64,000 nt of DNA from an uncultured delta proteobacterium (GCA_963787125.1 CAWBBV010000007.1:64001-128000), one strand, 5' to 3'. Counted from the first letter of the stretch, positions 27,077 to 36,569 are shown. Program-made: numbers and translations. The notes: generated by a model not told the origin, from the letters alone.

Positions 27077-27955
27077 ATGAATGAATTGGTTCAGGTCGTT
27101 AACATTGAAAAGCGTATCTACACCATACGCGGCTTACAGGTGATGCTGGACCGGGATCTGGCGGAACTCTTTGAGGTGAAACCAATACGGCTTCGCGAGC
27201 AGGTCAAACGCAACATCGATCGTTTCCCGGAAGATTTCATGTTTCAGATCTCCGAAGATGAGGTCGATTATTTGCTATCGCAAAATGCGATACCTTCCAG
27301 AAAGCATCTCGGAGGCACTCTGCCATATGTCTTCACGGAACAAGGTGTTGCTGGGATATCTGGGGTATTAACCAGTAACAGAGCCATAGAGGTAAACATT
27401 GCCATTATGCGCGCCTTCGTGAAAATGCGTAAGTTTCTGGCAAACAACGCCGATCTCTTTATGCGATTGGAGAGTATCGAAAAACGCCAACTGGTGCATG
27501 AAATAAAAGTCGATGAAAAATTTGAGCAGCTTTTCAACGCACTTGAAGACAAAAGTATCAAGCCAAAGCAAGGGATATTTTTTGATGGGCAAATCTTCGA
27601 TGCCTACGCCTTTGTTTGCGACCTGATTCGCTCCGCCAGACAGCGGATTATTCTGATCGACAACTATGTGGATGAAAGTGTGTTGACTCTGTTATCCAAG
27701 AGTGAGACAGGGGTAAAAACTCAAATCCTGACAAAAAGCATCGGCAAGGCATTGGCCCTGGATATCGAAAAATTTAACCGGCAGTACCCGGCAATTGACG
27801 TGCAAACGTTCAATTCATCGCACGACCGTTTTCTCATTATCGATGATGACATTTATCACATTGGTGCTTCGCTGAAAGACTTGGGTAAAAAATGGTTTGC
27901 CTTTTCGAAGATGGAAGTCAGCGCGATTGAAATGCTGCAACGGGTGAAGATGTGA
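27077..27955 (+). CDS. ORF6N DNA-binding domain protein with C-terminal PLD-like domain
   Basis: IRGLQVMLDRDLAELFEV...RNIDRFPEDFMFQ...PYVFTEQGVA; C-terminal IILIDNYVD...HDRFLIID...GASLKDLGKK. Confidence 0.85.
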   Translation: MNELVQVVNIEKRIYTIRGLQVMLDRDLAELFEVKPIRLREQVKRNIDRFPEDFMFQISEDEVDYLLSQNAIPSRKHLGGTLPYVFTEQGVAGISGVLTSNRAIEVNIAIMRAFVKMRKFLANNADLFMRLESIEKRQLVHEIKVDEKFEQLFNALEDKSIKPKQGIFFDGQIFDAYAFVCDLIRSARQRIILIDNYVDESVLTLLSKSETGVKTQILTKSIGKALALDIEKFNRQYPAIDVQTFNSSHDRFLIIDDDIYHIGASLKDLGKKWFAFSKMEVSAIEMLQRVKM

Positions 27956-28154
27956 ATGGGGGGATGGTTTGCTGATTGTCAATTGGGAGTTGGAGCGGTT
28001 GAGCCGGGGCTGAGTGGTCGGGGGGAAGGGGTGAATAAGGGGCTGGCATGTGAATACAAAAGCAACTTTGCATCTTGGAAGCCTGGTACCAGGTGTTTAC
28101 GTAAAGAGGCTGGAAACTTAAATGTCTGTTATCTTTTTTATTTTGGAGGGCATT

Positions 28155-29381
28155 ATGAAATTGCGAATCGTATTGCAGTTGTTTGTTCTGCTGTTAACTG
28201 CTGCACAGGCTTTTGCCGGCTTTGATGAAGGATTGGCTGCAGCGAAAGCTGGTAATTTCAAAACTGCTTTGGCTGAATGGCGACCGTTAGCCGACCAAGG
28301 GAATGCCAGTGCACAATATAATCTTGGTGTAATGTATAGCAATGGCGAAGGTGTGTCGCAGGACTTTGCTGAAGCTGCCAAGTGGTATCGCAAAGCTGCG
28401 GATCAAGGGAACGGCAGTGCACAATTTAAGCTTGGTTTTATGTATGATGTTGGCCAAGGTATTTCCAAGGACTTTGCTGAAGCTGCCAAATGGTATCGCA
28501 AAGCTGCGGATCAAGGGATTGCCAGTGCACAATCTAATCTTGGTTTTATGTATCATATCGGCAAAGGTGTTTCCAAGAATTTTGCTGAAGCTGCCAAGTG
28601 GTATCAAAAAGCTGCGGGTCAAGGGAATGCCAGTGCACAATATAATCTTGGTGTAATGTATGCCAATGGCCAAGGTATCTCCAAGGACTCGGCTGAAGCG
28701 GTCAGATGGTATCGTAAAGCTGCGGATCAAGGGGACGCCAGTGCGTACAATGGACTTGGATTCATGTATTTCAACGGTCTGGGGTGTGACAAGGATACTT
28801 TCACCGGAATGAAGTGGTATGCCATAGCCGCATATAACGGCATTGAATTGGCAAAGAACATCTTTGAGAAACATGAGAATGAATTCACTCCTGAAGTGAT
28901 TGCCAATCTCAAGGATGCTGCAAAAGTCTACAGACCCAAAGCCCTGAAGATGTCTCCTGATGACGAGGCCTCCTGGCTCAATACTTACCGTAAGACCTTT
29001 GCCGAGGCTAAAACCTACGGACAAATGAAGCGCTTTATCACTCTATACGTGGATGACGACCCAGAGAACCTGCTCCCAAAGGTGAACGACAAGTTGATTA
29101 CACTGGCCGTTGAGGAGAGTAAGAGAGCAGAAGCTGAGGAAAAAAAGCAAAAGGCAACGCTAAAAAAGCGTCAACAGCAGTTCATAACCAAGCTGAAAAC
29201 AGGCTCTGACAGCCACTGCGGCATGGTTATTGAGATCAAGAAGCCGCTGGCAAAAATCCAGACAATGGTTGGCGAAAAGTGGTTCAGAATCGAGCAACTC
29301 TATCCGAAAGGGGATGCTGACTGTAGATTTGTCAATGGTGAGTACGTAGAAAAGAAAGAACAACAAGCAGCGTTAAAATAA
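28155..29381 (+). CDS. Secreted Sel1-like repeat protein
   Basis: Signal peptide, five 36-aa ADQG.A.AQ..LG.MY..G.G...D..EA.KWY repeats; GGAGG RBS. Confidence 0.9.
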   Translation: MKLRIVLQLFVLLLTAAQAFAGFDEGLAAAKAGNFKTALAEWRPLADQGNASAQYNLGVMYSNGEGVSQDFAEAAKWYRKAADQGNGSAQFKLGFMYDVGQGISKDFAEAAKWYRKAADQGIASAQSNLGFMYHIGKGVSKNFAEAAKWYQKAAGQGNASAQYNLGVMYANGQGISKDSAEAVRWYRKAADQGDASAYNGLGFMYFNGLGCDKDTFTGMKWYAIAAYNGIELAKNIFEKHENEFTPEVIANLKDAAKVYRPKALKMSPDDEASWLNTYRKTFAEAKTYGQMKRFITLYVDDDPENLLPKVNDKLITLAVEESKRAEAEEKKQKATLKKRQQQFITKLKTGSDSHCGMVIEIKKPLAKIQTMVGEKWFRIEQLYPKGDADCRFVNGEYVEKKEQQAALK

Positions 29382-29434
29382 CAAAATAGCGGGGATTGGA
29401 CTGACCCCATGTAGCAAATATACAGGAGGCACTT

Positions 29435-29965
29435 ATGAGGCAAAAACTGATACTTATACTGGCACTTTTTATTATATTTACAGGGAACGCCTTTGCAGCA
29501 TCTCAAAAAACTATCAAGGCCAAATTACTCACTGGTCAAATTGCGTCTGAAAGTCACGGTTCAGACGTTGTTGCTACAATACTACATGAACCTTACAACG
29601 AGTGCTTCATTATTGGTAAAGCGAAGGCCAATATGGAGAATAGGATAATTTCAATTGAGTTCAACAATATCAGCTGTATTACAAACAATAGCGCAATAGA
29701 GTATTCTCTTAATAATTGGCCTGTAATAAGTGGCAGCACGATAGGCATAAAAGCTAAAAAAGGGACTACAAGCAAAAGCACTTTGGCAATCATTGACTCA
29801 AATATTGCGCTTTTAACTAAAATAAAAGCAAATATCTCGCAAAACAATGAACTCATAACGATGATCAAGAGTTTAGAGTCTGCAAAAAATGGATACTTGT
29901 ATCTAGAAAGCGGCTCTATAGTCAGTATACAGGCTAATGGAGATCCCGTACAAATCCACCCTTGA
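29435..29965 (+). CDS. Hypothetical exported protein, AT-rich, weakly TraB/VirB10-like
   Basis: Signal peptide (GNAFA), AGGAGG RBS, ECFIIGKA....RIISIEFNNISC segment. Confidence 0.6.
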   Translation: MRQKLILILALFIIFTGNAFAASQKTIKAKLLTGQIASESHGSDVVATILHEPYNECFIIGKAKANMENRIISIEFNNISCITNNSAIEYSLNNWPVISGSTIGIKAKKGTTSKSTLAIIDSNIALLTKIKANISQNNELITMIKSLESAKNGYLYLESGSIVSIQANGDPVQIHP

Positions 29966-30047
29966 CCTAAGAGGATAGGCGGTGTCGGCCCTTTAAAGTG
30001 GAACCACTGCAAGTAGCCCTATGTTCAAAAACAATGCTGGAGCTCCA

Positions 30048-30446
30048 ATGGACCACGAACGGCTACAAGAAAGAATCGGAGATTATCTAAAGGCTGCCGG
30101 GCAGCTGGAAAAAGCCGCTCGACAGCCAAAGGACGAGTACTTGCGAGACTCGGTGATTCAGCGGTTCGAGTTTACCCACGAGTTGGCCTGGAAGATGCTC
30201 AAGCTCCGTCTGGAACAGGAACATATCTTTGCGAGAACACCGCGGGAAACGCTGCAGGAGGCGCTTCAGGCCGGTTTTATCGAGGACGGCAACGCCTGGA
30301 GCGATCTGCAGAAGATGCGCAATCTGACCAGTCATACCTACAATGAATCGTTGGCTGACGATGTCTACGGTTTCGTCATCGAGCATGGCGTTCGGCTGTT
30401 CCGGCAACTGGCGGACAAGGCTTCATCATGGCTGACGACAAACTGA
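30048..30446 (+). CDS. HEPN / HI0074-family nucleotidyltransferase substrate-binding protein
   Basis: RDSVIQRFEFTHELAWK and RNLTSHTY (RX4H) motifs. Confidence 0.92.
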   Translation: MDHERLQERIGDYLKAAGQLEKAARQPKDEYLRDSVIQRFEFTHELAWKMLKLRLEQEHIFARTPRETLQEALQAGFIEDGNAWSDLQKMRNLTSHTYNESLADDVYGFVIEHGVRLFRQLADKASSWLTTN

Positions 30447-30760
30447 TCTTCGGTCTGGCCGAACACCATTACCGGACGCTCGTAGAAGTATTCGGGCGTT
30501 TTTGTTCCATTGAACGGGTGCTGATTTTCGGCTCCCGGGCTAAGGGGACTGCTGCTCCCTGGTCGGATATAGACCTGGCGGTGATTGCCCCCGGGATGTC
30601 AGATGGGGAATTTTCACGGCTTTTGCAGGAGCTGGAGGCACTCCACCTAGTGTTCAAGCTTGATCTAGTGCACTGGGACAGGCTCACCGGTCAGCCGAAG
30701 CTGCTGGAATCGATCGAAAGGTATGGCCTGGATTTCCTACAGCACGGTAAGAGTTTCTGA
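30428..30760 (+). CDS. Minimal nucleotidyltransferase (MNT)
   Basis: IFGSRAKG....SDIDLAV motif; overlaps the HEPN gene. Confidence 0.92.
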   Translation: MADDKLIFGLAEHHYRTLVEVFGRFCSIERVLIFGSRAKGTAAPWSDIDLAVIAPGMSDGEFSRLLQELEALHLVFKLDLVHWDRLTGQPKLLESIERYGLDFLQHGKSF

Positions 30761-30806
30761 CAATACCGGCAAACACATTACCAATCATAACTCGAAGGAG
30801 ATATAT

Positions 30807-31250
30807 ATGACCCACAAACTAAGAAGCAACAGCGGCTTCACCCTTATTGAGATCATGGTTGTTATCGTCATTCTGGCCCTGCTGGCAGCGCTGGTCGGTC
30901 CGAAGATCATCGGCAGAAGTGATGATGCCAGGGTTGCCGATGCCAAGGTGCAGATACGGAACATGGAGACTGCGCTGAAACTCTACAAGCTCGACAGCAG
31001 CGCCTTTCCGACAACGGATCAGGGGCTGTCGGCCCTGGTTTCAAAGCCGACAACAGGGCTCATTCCGAAAAACTTCAGAGCAGAAGGTTATCTGGAGAGC
31101 AAAACTCTGCCGAAAGATCCATGGGGCAATGAGTATATTTATCTGTCCCCAAGTGAGCATGGCGACTATGAACTCTGTTCCTGGGGTTCAGACGGTGCCA
31201 AGGGGGGCGAAGGGAAGGCAGCGGACATCTGCAGCTGGAACATGCAGTAG
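30807..31250 (+). CDS. gspG: Type II secretion major pseudopilin
   Basis: GFTLIEIMVV, YKLD...PTTDQGL.AL, PKDPWGNEY; AAGGAG RBS. Confidence 0.96.
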   Translation: MTHKLRSNSGFTLIEIMVVIVILALLAALVGPKIIGRSDDARVADAKVQIRNMETALKLYKLDSSAFPTTDQGLSALVSKPTTGLIPKNFRAEGYLESKTLPKDPWGNEYIYLSPSEHGDYELCSWGSDGAKGGEGKAADICSWNMQ

Positions 31251-31255
31251 AGGCT

Positions 31256-31396
31256 GAAAGGCTAAGGGCGGGAACTGGGAATTGGAATCTGTAAAGGCCA
31301 AAAACAAAGGGCGTGAACTGGGAGCTTGGAACTGGAAAAACTTTACAGATCCCAGTTCTCGCATTTCTGGACTTTCCAGTTCCCAGGTTTCCGGCT
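31256..31396. repeat. 141-bp heptamer-rich hairpin element in the gspH leader
   Basis: GGAACTG/GGAATTG units on the left, CCAGTTC units on the right; ATCTGTAAAG 31287-31296 / CTTTACAGAT 31341-31350; flanked by GGCT direct repeats. Confidence 0.6.
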
Positions 31397-31881
31397 TCAC
31401 CCTCATAGAGCTGCTGGTGGTTCTTGTACTGCTCTCCATAACTGCCGCCCTGGTAGCGCCACGCCTTCCGGCAACTGACAGCATGAATCTGAAGAGCTCG
31501 GCGAGATCCATGGCCTCACTGCTACGCTATTTAGGAGAGCGCTCGATCGGCAGCAAGAACATCTATCGCCTCCATATCAACATTACTGATAACAGCATGA
31601 AGGTTACCCGAAAACTTGCAAGCGGAGATGAAATCCCGCCGGATGATCAGCTGCTTGCAAGGAGTGTCCTTGCCGCTGGTGTTACTATGACGGCTGTGCA
31701 GAGCCCCAGGCTAGGCAAGGTGACGGAGGGAGAGGTGCTGATCGATTTTGGTGCCGGCGGTCTTTCCGAGTTTCTTACCGTTCACTTGAACTCCCCAAAA
31801 GGAGAAAGCTTTACTGTCGTCGCTTATCCTCAAGGGGGGAAGGTCAAGCTCCTCCCTGGTTATCAGGACGTGACCCTGTGA
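31282..31881 (+). CDS. gspH: Type II secretion minor pseudopilin H
   Basis: GFTLIELLVV prepilin motif; position after gspG; start uncertain. Confidence 0.85.
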   Translation: MESVKAKNKGRELGAWNWKNFTDPSSRISGLSSSQVSGFTLIELLVVLVLLSITAALVAPRLPATDSMNLKSSARSMASLLRYLGERSIGSKNIYRLHINITDNSMKVTRKLASGDEIPPDDQLLARSVLAAGVTMTAVQSPRLGKVTEGEVLIDFGAGGLSEFLTVHLNSPKGESFTVVAYPQGGKVKLLPGYQDVTL

Positions 31882-32216
31882 AAGGCTTTACGCTTCTGGA
31901 GGTGCTGATATCGCTGGCAATTATGGCTGGCGTTATCATGACCGTGATTGTCTCCTTCAACTACCACCTCGGCATTGTGGTCCGGGACAAGGAGGAGACC
32001 GCTGCGGTGCTTCTGGCCAGGGCAAAAATAGATGATCCGGCTTTTCTCGTTCTTCCAACGGGGAAAGGGAACTTTGCGCCGGATCGAGCTGATATCTCCT
32101 GGGAAAAGAGCATTACTGCCACTGAGCTTCCCGGCGTGCAGCGGCTGCTGTTAACCGTCAGCTGGGATGGTAATAAAAGGAGTCTTTCGCTTGTCCGCTA
32201 TGCTGTCAAGCTCTGA
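31878..32216 (+). CDS. gspI: Type II secretion minor pseudopilin I
   Basis: KGFTLLEVLISLAI; operon position. Confidence 0.85.
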   Translation: MKGFTLLEVLISLAIMAGVIMTVIVSFNYHLGIVVRDKEETAAVLLARAKIDDPAFLVLPTGKGNFAPDRADISWEKSITATELPGVQRLLLTVSWDGNKRSLSLVRYAVKL

Positions 32217-32823
32217 TAACAGGGTACAGGCAGGATTTACCCTGCTGGAAATACTGATTGCCCTGGCGCTCCTTGGAGTGCTTGCCGGTGCGCTCTACGG
32301 CACCTACTTCTCGCTGATCAAGGGGCGTGAAGCTGCCAATGAAGGGATGGAGGCAAGAAGAGAGTTGCGAACGACCCTGGATCTGCTACGGCGGGAGATC
32401 AACTCGGCTCTTTATAACAAAAATAACAAAAGGCTCCACTTTTCGGTAGAGGACAGGGATGTTTTCAGCAAGCCGGCATCAGTTCTGGCCTTCACGGCGA
32501 TTGCCTCGCCACAGCCGGGTGGCCTGGTCGTTTCTGATCAGGTTGACCTGAAATACGAAATTCTGGAGCGGGAGAAGCAGCTGATCCTTACCCGCCGGGC
32601 AAAGGATATCTATCACTCCGGTGAAGCGGCTCGTTATCCGCAAATGGAGAATATCGAAGGCTTCTTGGTTGAATGCAAAAACGGCGATAAATGGGTCAAA
32701 ACCTGGAATGCGCCAGCCGTTAATTTTAGTCTGCCGGAAGCGGTGCGGGTAACTGTTACGGTTAAGGATGGAGAGAAAACAGCCACCTACACAGTGCTGG
32801 CAGCACCGAGGTTGACTCAATGA
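32200..32823 (+). CDS. gspJ: Type II secretion minor pseudopilin J
   Basis: AGFTLLEILIAL; C-terminal W...W.....LPEAVRVT. Confidence 0.88.
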   Translation: MLSSSDNRVQAGFTLLEILIALALLGVLAGALYGTYFSLIKGREAANEGMEARRELRTTLDLLRREINSALYNKNNKRLHFSVEDRDVFSKPASVLAFTAIASPQPGGLVVSDQVDLKYEILEREKQLILTRRAKDIYHSGEAARYPQMENIEGFLVECKNGDKWVKTWNAPAVNFSLPEAVRVTVTVKDGEKTATYTVLAAPRLTQ

Positions 32824-33773
32824 AAGTCGACAACCGCGGCTTTGCTCTGGTGTTGACCCTGATCGTCACGGCCCTGCTGGTGGCGCTTGTGGTCGAGTTC
32901 ATCGCCGAGGTTTACGTTGATACTTCTGCAAAATCGAGTTATGTTGCCGCGCAAAAAGCCGGGCTCATGGCTGAATCCGGCGTTTCCGGAGCGCTTGCCA
33001 TGCTCCGGTTCGCGCTGCCGTCCAAAAACTATACCTCGCTGCACGACCTCTGGGCAAAGCCGCTGGATCTTCCCGAGGAGCAGGGTGCGCTCCATGTGAC
33101 GGTGGAGGATGAAAGTGCCAGGCTCTCGCTCAATCAAATTGTCGGCGCCAACGGAACATTCATCGATGAAAACGACCCGACCGGTTCTTATTACGGCACG
33201 GCACTTCGCCTTTTCAGGCGGTTGAAGCTGCCGGCAAATGATCTCTGCGACGCGGTTGCCGACTGGATTGATGATAATGATATCCCCAAGCCGGGCGGCG
33301 CTGAAAACCAGTGGTACCTGGCGCGCAAGCCCTCATTTCCGGCAAAGAACGCCAGGCTGGGCAGTTTTGAGGAGCTTGCCCTGGTGAAAGGTTTCACTGC
33401 GGATATTATGGAAAAGATCAGACCTTTTGTAACTGTTTATGCTGAAAACAGTGTTGCTGCGCCGATAAACATAAATACTGCGCCAAAAGATCTGTTGACG
33501 GCGCTAGACGAGCGGATTAGCGATTCTGTTGCCGAGCAGATTGTTGAGTTTCGCAAAAATACTCCGTTCAAAGACAAAGCGGACCTTGTCAGAGTCCCGG
33601 GAATGGAACAGATTGCTACCGGACTGCAGAGCCGCATCACAGTAAAGAGCAATATCTATCGTATCAAGGCCGAGGCTCAAGTGGATGGTACAACCAGGAT
33701 TGTGGAGGTAGTTGCCGCTTTTAGCGCTGTTGCCGGCGCGGCGCCTGCCATCCTTTACTGGCGCGAGTATTGA
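32820..33773 (+). CDS. gspK: Type II secretion minor pseudopilin K
   Basis: RGFALVLTL, DWIDDND, EELALVKG, ININTAP. Confidence 0.92.
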   Translation: MKVDNRGFALVLTLIVTALLVALVVEFIAEVYVDTSAKSSYVAAQKAGLMAESGVSGALAMLRFALPSKNYTSLHDLWAKPLDLPEEQGALHVTVEDESARLSLNQIVGANGTFIDENDPTGSYYGTALRLFRRLKLPANDLCDAVADWIDDNDIPKPGGAENQWYLARKPSFPAKNARLGSFEELALVKGFTADIMEKIRPFVTVYAENSVAAPININTAPKDLLTALDERISDSVAEQIVEFRKNTPFKDKADLVRVPGMEQIATGLQSRITVKSNIYRIKAEAQVDGTTRIVEVVAAFSAVAGAAPAILYWREY

Positions 33774-33795
33774 TGGAGTTTCCAGAGGTGTTTGC

Positions 33796-35094
33796 ATGTT
33801 CATAACCGTAATCCAGAAAAAAACCGATGAATTCATCCTGTCCCGCTATCAGCGCAGGCGCGGGACTCTCCAGTTTGTACGTGGGGTAAGGCATAGGTTG
33901 GCCGATACTGACGTCAGCTGTGACGACATTCTTGCCACCTGGGCCGGTGAATGTCAGGGTGACAGAATAGTTTTGGCATTACCGCCATCGCTACTGTCAA
34001 TCCGTGAGCTTGACCTGCCGGTTTCCGACCGGAAAAAGTGTCGGGAGATACTCCCTCTGGAGCTTAAAGGGGAACTGGCTTCAGACGCTGAAGAACCGGT
34101 TTTCGAGGCGTTGCCCCTTGCAGGCGGGAAGATGGCCGCTATCTGGGCAAAACAGACGGTTGTGGCCGCGGAGATAAAAAGTCTCGCCGATAAAGGTCTT
34201 GACCCGGAAGTTGTTACCTGTTCGCTGTTCAATTGGCAGAATCTGCTTCCTGAAAGTTGTGATGGTGCGGTAGCTGTTACTGACGGTGAGAGTGTGGCGG
34301 TCTTCTTGGACAAAAAACCGCTCTTTTTCAGGGCATTGCCACAAAGTGGCGACAGTCCGCTGGCGGTCACCCTGGCTGCTGTCGAACTTGCAAAAGGGGT
34401 CAAGGTAGAAAGAACCTTCACCCTGGGAGATTTCCAGCCGGAAAGTTTGCTGGAGACGACGCATCTACCTCCCGGGAACGCACTGGCGATTGCCTTCCCA
34501 GGAGACGTTGCTGCCGCTGCTGATCTTGCGCCGCAATTTTCCATGGCAATGGAGTTTGTAACCGGTGAGTCGATAAACTTTCGCAGAGGATTATTAAGCT
34601 TCACTAAAACCCGCGACAAGTTCAAGAAAAAACTGCGTCTTACCTACGCTCTTGCCGCTACAGTCGTGCTACTTGTACTCGCTGAAGCGGGGGTTAGGTA
34701 TTTTATTGCTCAAAGGGAGCTGACTTCGCTGAATATGTCAATCGGCAGCATCTATAAAGAGGTTTTCCCGACGCGGACAAAGCCTGTCGATGAAGTTTCC
34801 GAGCTTAAAGCGGAGATTAAAAAACTGGGGGCAGCTGGCTCTGAAGGGGTTCTGGCGCTTCTGAACAAACTGACTGAGGCCAAGGGCGATGATCCGCGCG
34901 AGATCTACGAGGTGGATTTCGACGGCAGTCAGGTTTCGGGCAGAGGTTATGACCGTTCCGCTCAAAGCGTAAATGACTTCAAGACCAAAGCTGCCCAGCT
35001 TTTCGCAAGTTTTGAGGTGAGTGAGATTAAGAGCCGTCCTGACGGTACAGTCAGTTTTGCTTTCAAAGGCACCTCCAAAGGGGGTGTGAAATGA
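33796..35094 (+). CDS. gspL: Type II secretion protein L
   Basis: Actin-like N-terminus, INFRRG motif before a TM segment, operon position. Confidence 0.85.
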   Translation: MFITVIQKKTDEFILSRYQRRRGTLQFVRGVRHRLADTDVSCDDILATWAGECQGDRIVLALPPSLLSIRELDLPVSDRKKCREILPLELKGELASDAEEPVFEALPLAGGKMAAIWAKQTVVAAEIKSLADKGLDPEVVTCSLFNWQNLLPESCDGAVAVTDGESVAVFLDKKPLFFRALPQSGDSPLAVTLAAVELAKGVKVERTFTLGDFQPESLLETTHLPPGNALAIAFPGDVAAAADLAPQFSMAMEFVTGESINFRRGLLSFTKTRDKFKKKLRLTYALAATVVLLVLAEAGVRYFIAQRELTSLNMSIGSIYKEVFPTRTKPVDEVSELKAEIKKLGAAGSEGVLALLNKLTEAKGDDPREIYEVDFDGSQVSGRGYDRSAQSVNDFKTKAAQLFASFEVSEIKSRPDGTVSFAFKGTSKGGVK

Positions 35095-35627
35095 GTCTCC
35101 GGGAGCAATTTAACGAAATGGAACCCGCTGCCAGACTTCGCTGCGGTTACTGCATCGCAGCGCTGTTGCTGCTGGCGATTGTCTACACAGCGCTTCACGA
35201 CAGGATTGTGAAGCTGGAAAAGAAGCGGGTCAGTAGGGAAGCAGCCCTGACAGAAATTATGCTACTGAAACAGCGTCATCGTGAGGCTAATGCAGGCGCG
35301 CAGAAGCTTGCCAACAGACTCTCTGCCGTGACTGCCGATGACACTCTTGCCAAGCTGATCGAAGAGATCGGAATAAAAGGGAAGGGTATCCAGATAAAAT
35401 CCCTGAAAGGGGAGGATAGGCCCGGATTCAGTGAAGATGCCGCTGAAATCAGGTTTGAAGGGCTATCCGCGAATGAAGTTGTAAATCTGCTTTATCGCCT
35501 GGAGAAAGGGGTAAAGCCGGTAGTTATAAAAAAAGCCAATCTGAAGACACGCTACGATGAACCGGCGAAACTGGATGTAACCCTCAGTGTAGCTCTCCTC
35601 AAACCAGCTGCCCAGGAGAAGAGATGA
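35091..35627 (+). CDS. gspM: Type II secretion protein M
   Basis: N-terminal TM, coiled coil, ferredoxin-like C-terminus; operon position. Confidence 0.8.
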   Translation: MSLREQFNEMEPAARLRCGYCIAALLLLAIVYTALHDRIVKLEKKRVSREAALTEIMLLKQRHREANAGAQKLANRLSAVTADDTLAKLIEEIGIKGKGIQIKSLKGEDRPGFSEDAAEIRFEGLSANEVVNLLYRLEKGVKPVVIKKANLKTRYDEPAKLDVTLSVALLKPAAQEKR

Positions 35628-36466
35628 AGCTGTTCAGATTCTGCCGTATTGCAGGTCTGACTCTTGGCGGAGTGATTCTCTTTATCATTCTTACCGCGCT
35701 CTTTATTCCGGCAAAATCACTGCTAAACGCCGCCAACCGAGGGCTGACGCAGTATGGGCTGAAGCTTGAAGCAATAAGTTTCGGTAAATTATTGCCTCTG
35801 GGGATAAAAGGGACTGGAGTGACGCTCTCGTCAGAGTCGGGAGAGCTTCTTAAAGTAAGAACGGGACGTGTCTCAATTGAGTTATTGCCACTTCTGTCAG
35901 GCAGGCTGATTCTCTCAATTGGTGCTGATATCGGTTCAGGTTCGCTGGTCTCTTCCCTGTCGCTGTTGCGCAGCCCGTCTACTTATTTGGAGCTTAAAAA
36001 CGTTCGCCTTGAAGATATTCCTTTTTTTCAGTCCGTTGCCGGGATGAAAGCCGGCGGGATTCTATCCGGAAAAGTTGAGATAGCTGGTCTGTTGGCAAAA
36101 GCAAAAGGCACTGTCCAGCTGGAGGTGAAGGGTGCGGAGTTGAGTGGCATTAAAATTGGCGCGATGCCGCTTCCGGACGCTTCTTACCATACAGTGCAGG
36201 GGCTGATAAAAGTTGCCGAGGGCAAGGGTTCAATAGAGAGCTTTACCCTTCAGGGCGCGGATCTTTATATCAGGCTGAAAGGGGGGCTGCCGCTTGTTGA
36301 CCCCCTTCCGGCAACTCCGCTTGACCTGTCGCTCGAAATTATGCCCAAACCTGAACTGCTTGAAAAGCAGAAGTTTGTTTTTCTGCTATTGGTTAAATAT
36401 CAGGATACTCCCGGTCATTATCTCATTCCGGTCAAGGGGACTCTCGGCAAGCCGCAGGTGCTGTAA
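35624..36466 (+). CDS. gspN: Type II secretion protein N
   Basis: N-terminal TM, beta-rich body, ends GTLGKP; last gene of the gsp operon. Confidence 0.8.
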   Translation: MKLFRFCRIAGLTLGGVILFIILTALFIPAKSLLNAANRGLTQYGLKLEAISFGKLLPLGIKGTGVTLSSESGELLKVRTGRVSIELLPLLSGRLILSIGADIGSGSLVSSLSLLRSPSTYLELKNVRLEDIPFFQSVAGMKAGGILSGKVEIAGLLAKAKGTVQLEVKGAELSGIKIGAMPLPDASYHTVQGLIKVAEGKGSIESFTLQGADLYIRLKGGLPLVDPLPATPLDLSLEIMPKPELLEKQKFVFLLLVKYQDTPGHYLIPVKGTLGKPQVL

Positions 36467-36482
36467 CTTGTAGCTTCATAAT

Positions 36483-36520
36483 AAAAGGGCCTGCCGCAAT
36501 TCGTGCGGCAGGCCCTTTTT
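36483..36520. terminator. Bidirectional intrinsic terminator
   Basis: AAAAGGGCCTGCCGCA / TGCGGCAGGCCCTTTTT between convergent gspN and helicase genes. Confidence 0.9.
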
Positions 36521-36569
36521 CAATTATACTTGGTCAGTGGTAACGTTATAGTTGGACAGCTGCTATCAA

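Noticed and set aside
27956..28050. G-rich tract with several G runs (possible G-quadruplex) and an 89-aa ORF
   Set aside because: Irregular spacing and no supporting context; more likely decayed sequence.
28290..28830. CRISPR-like periodic repeats
   Set aside because: The 108-bp period is in frame and encodes Sel1 repeats; no cas genes. No CRISPR array was seen anywhere in the window.
26996..30806. Integron cassette array
   Set aside because: No integron integrase and no recurring attC-like sites recognised between the genes.
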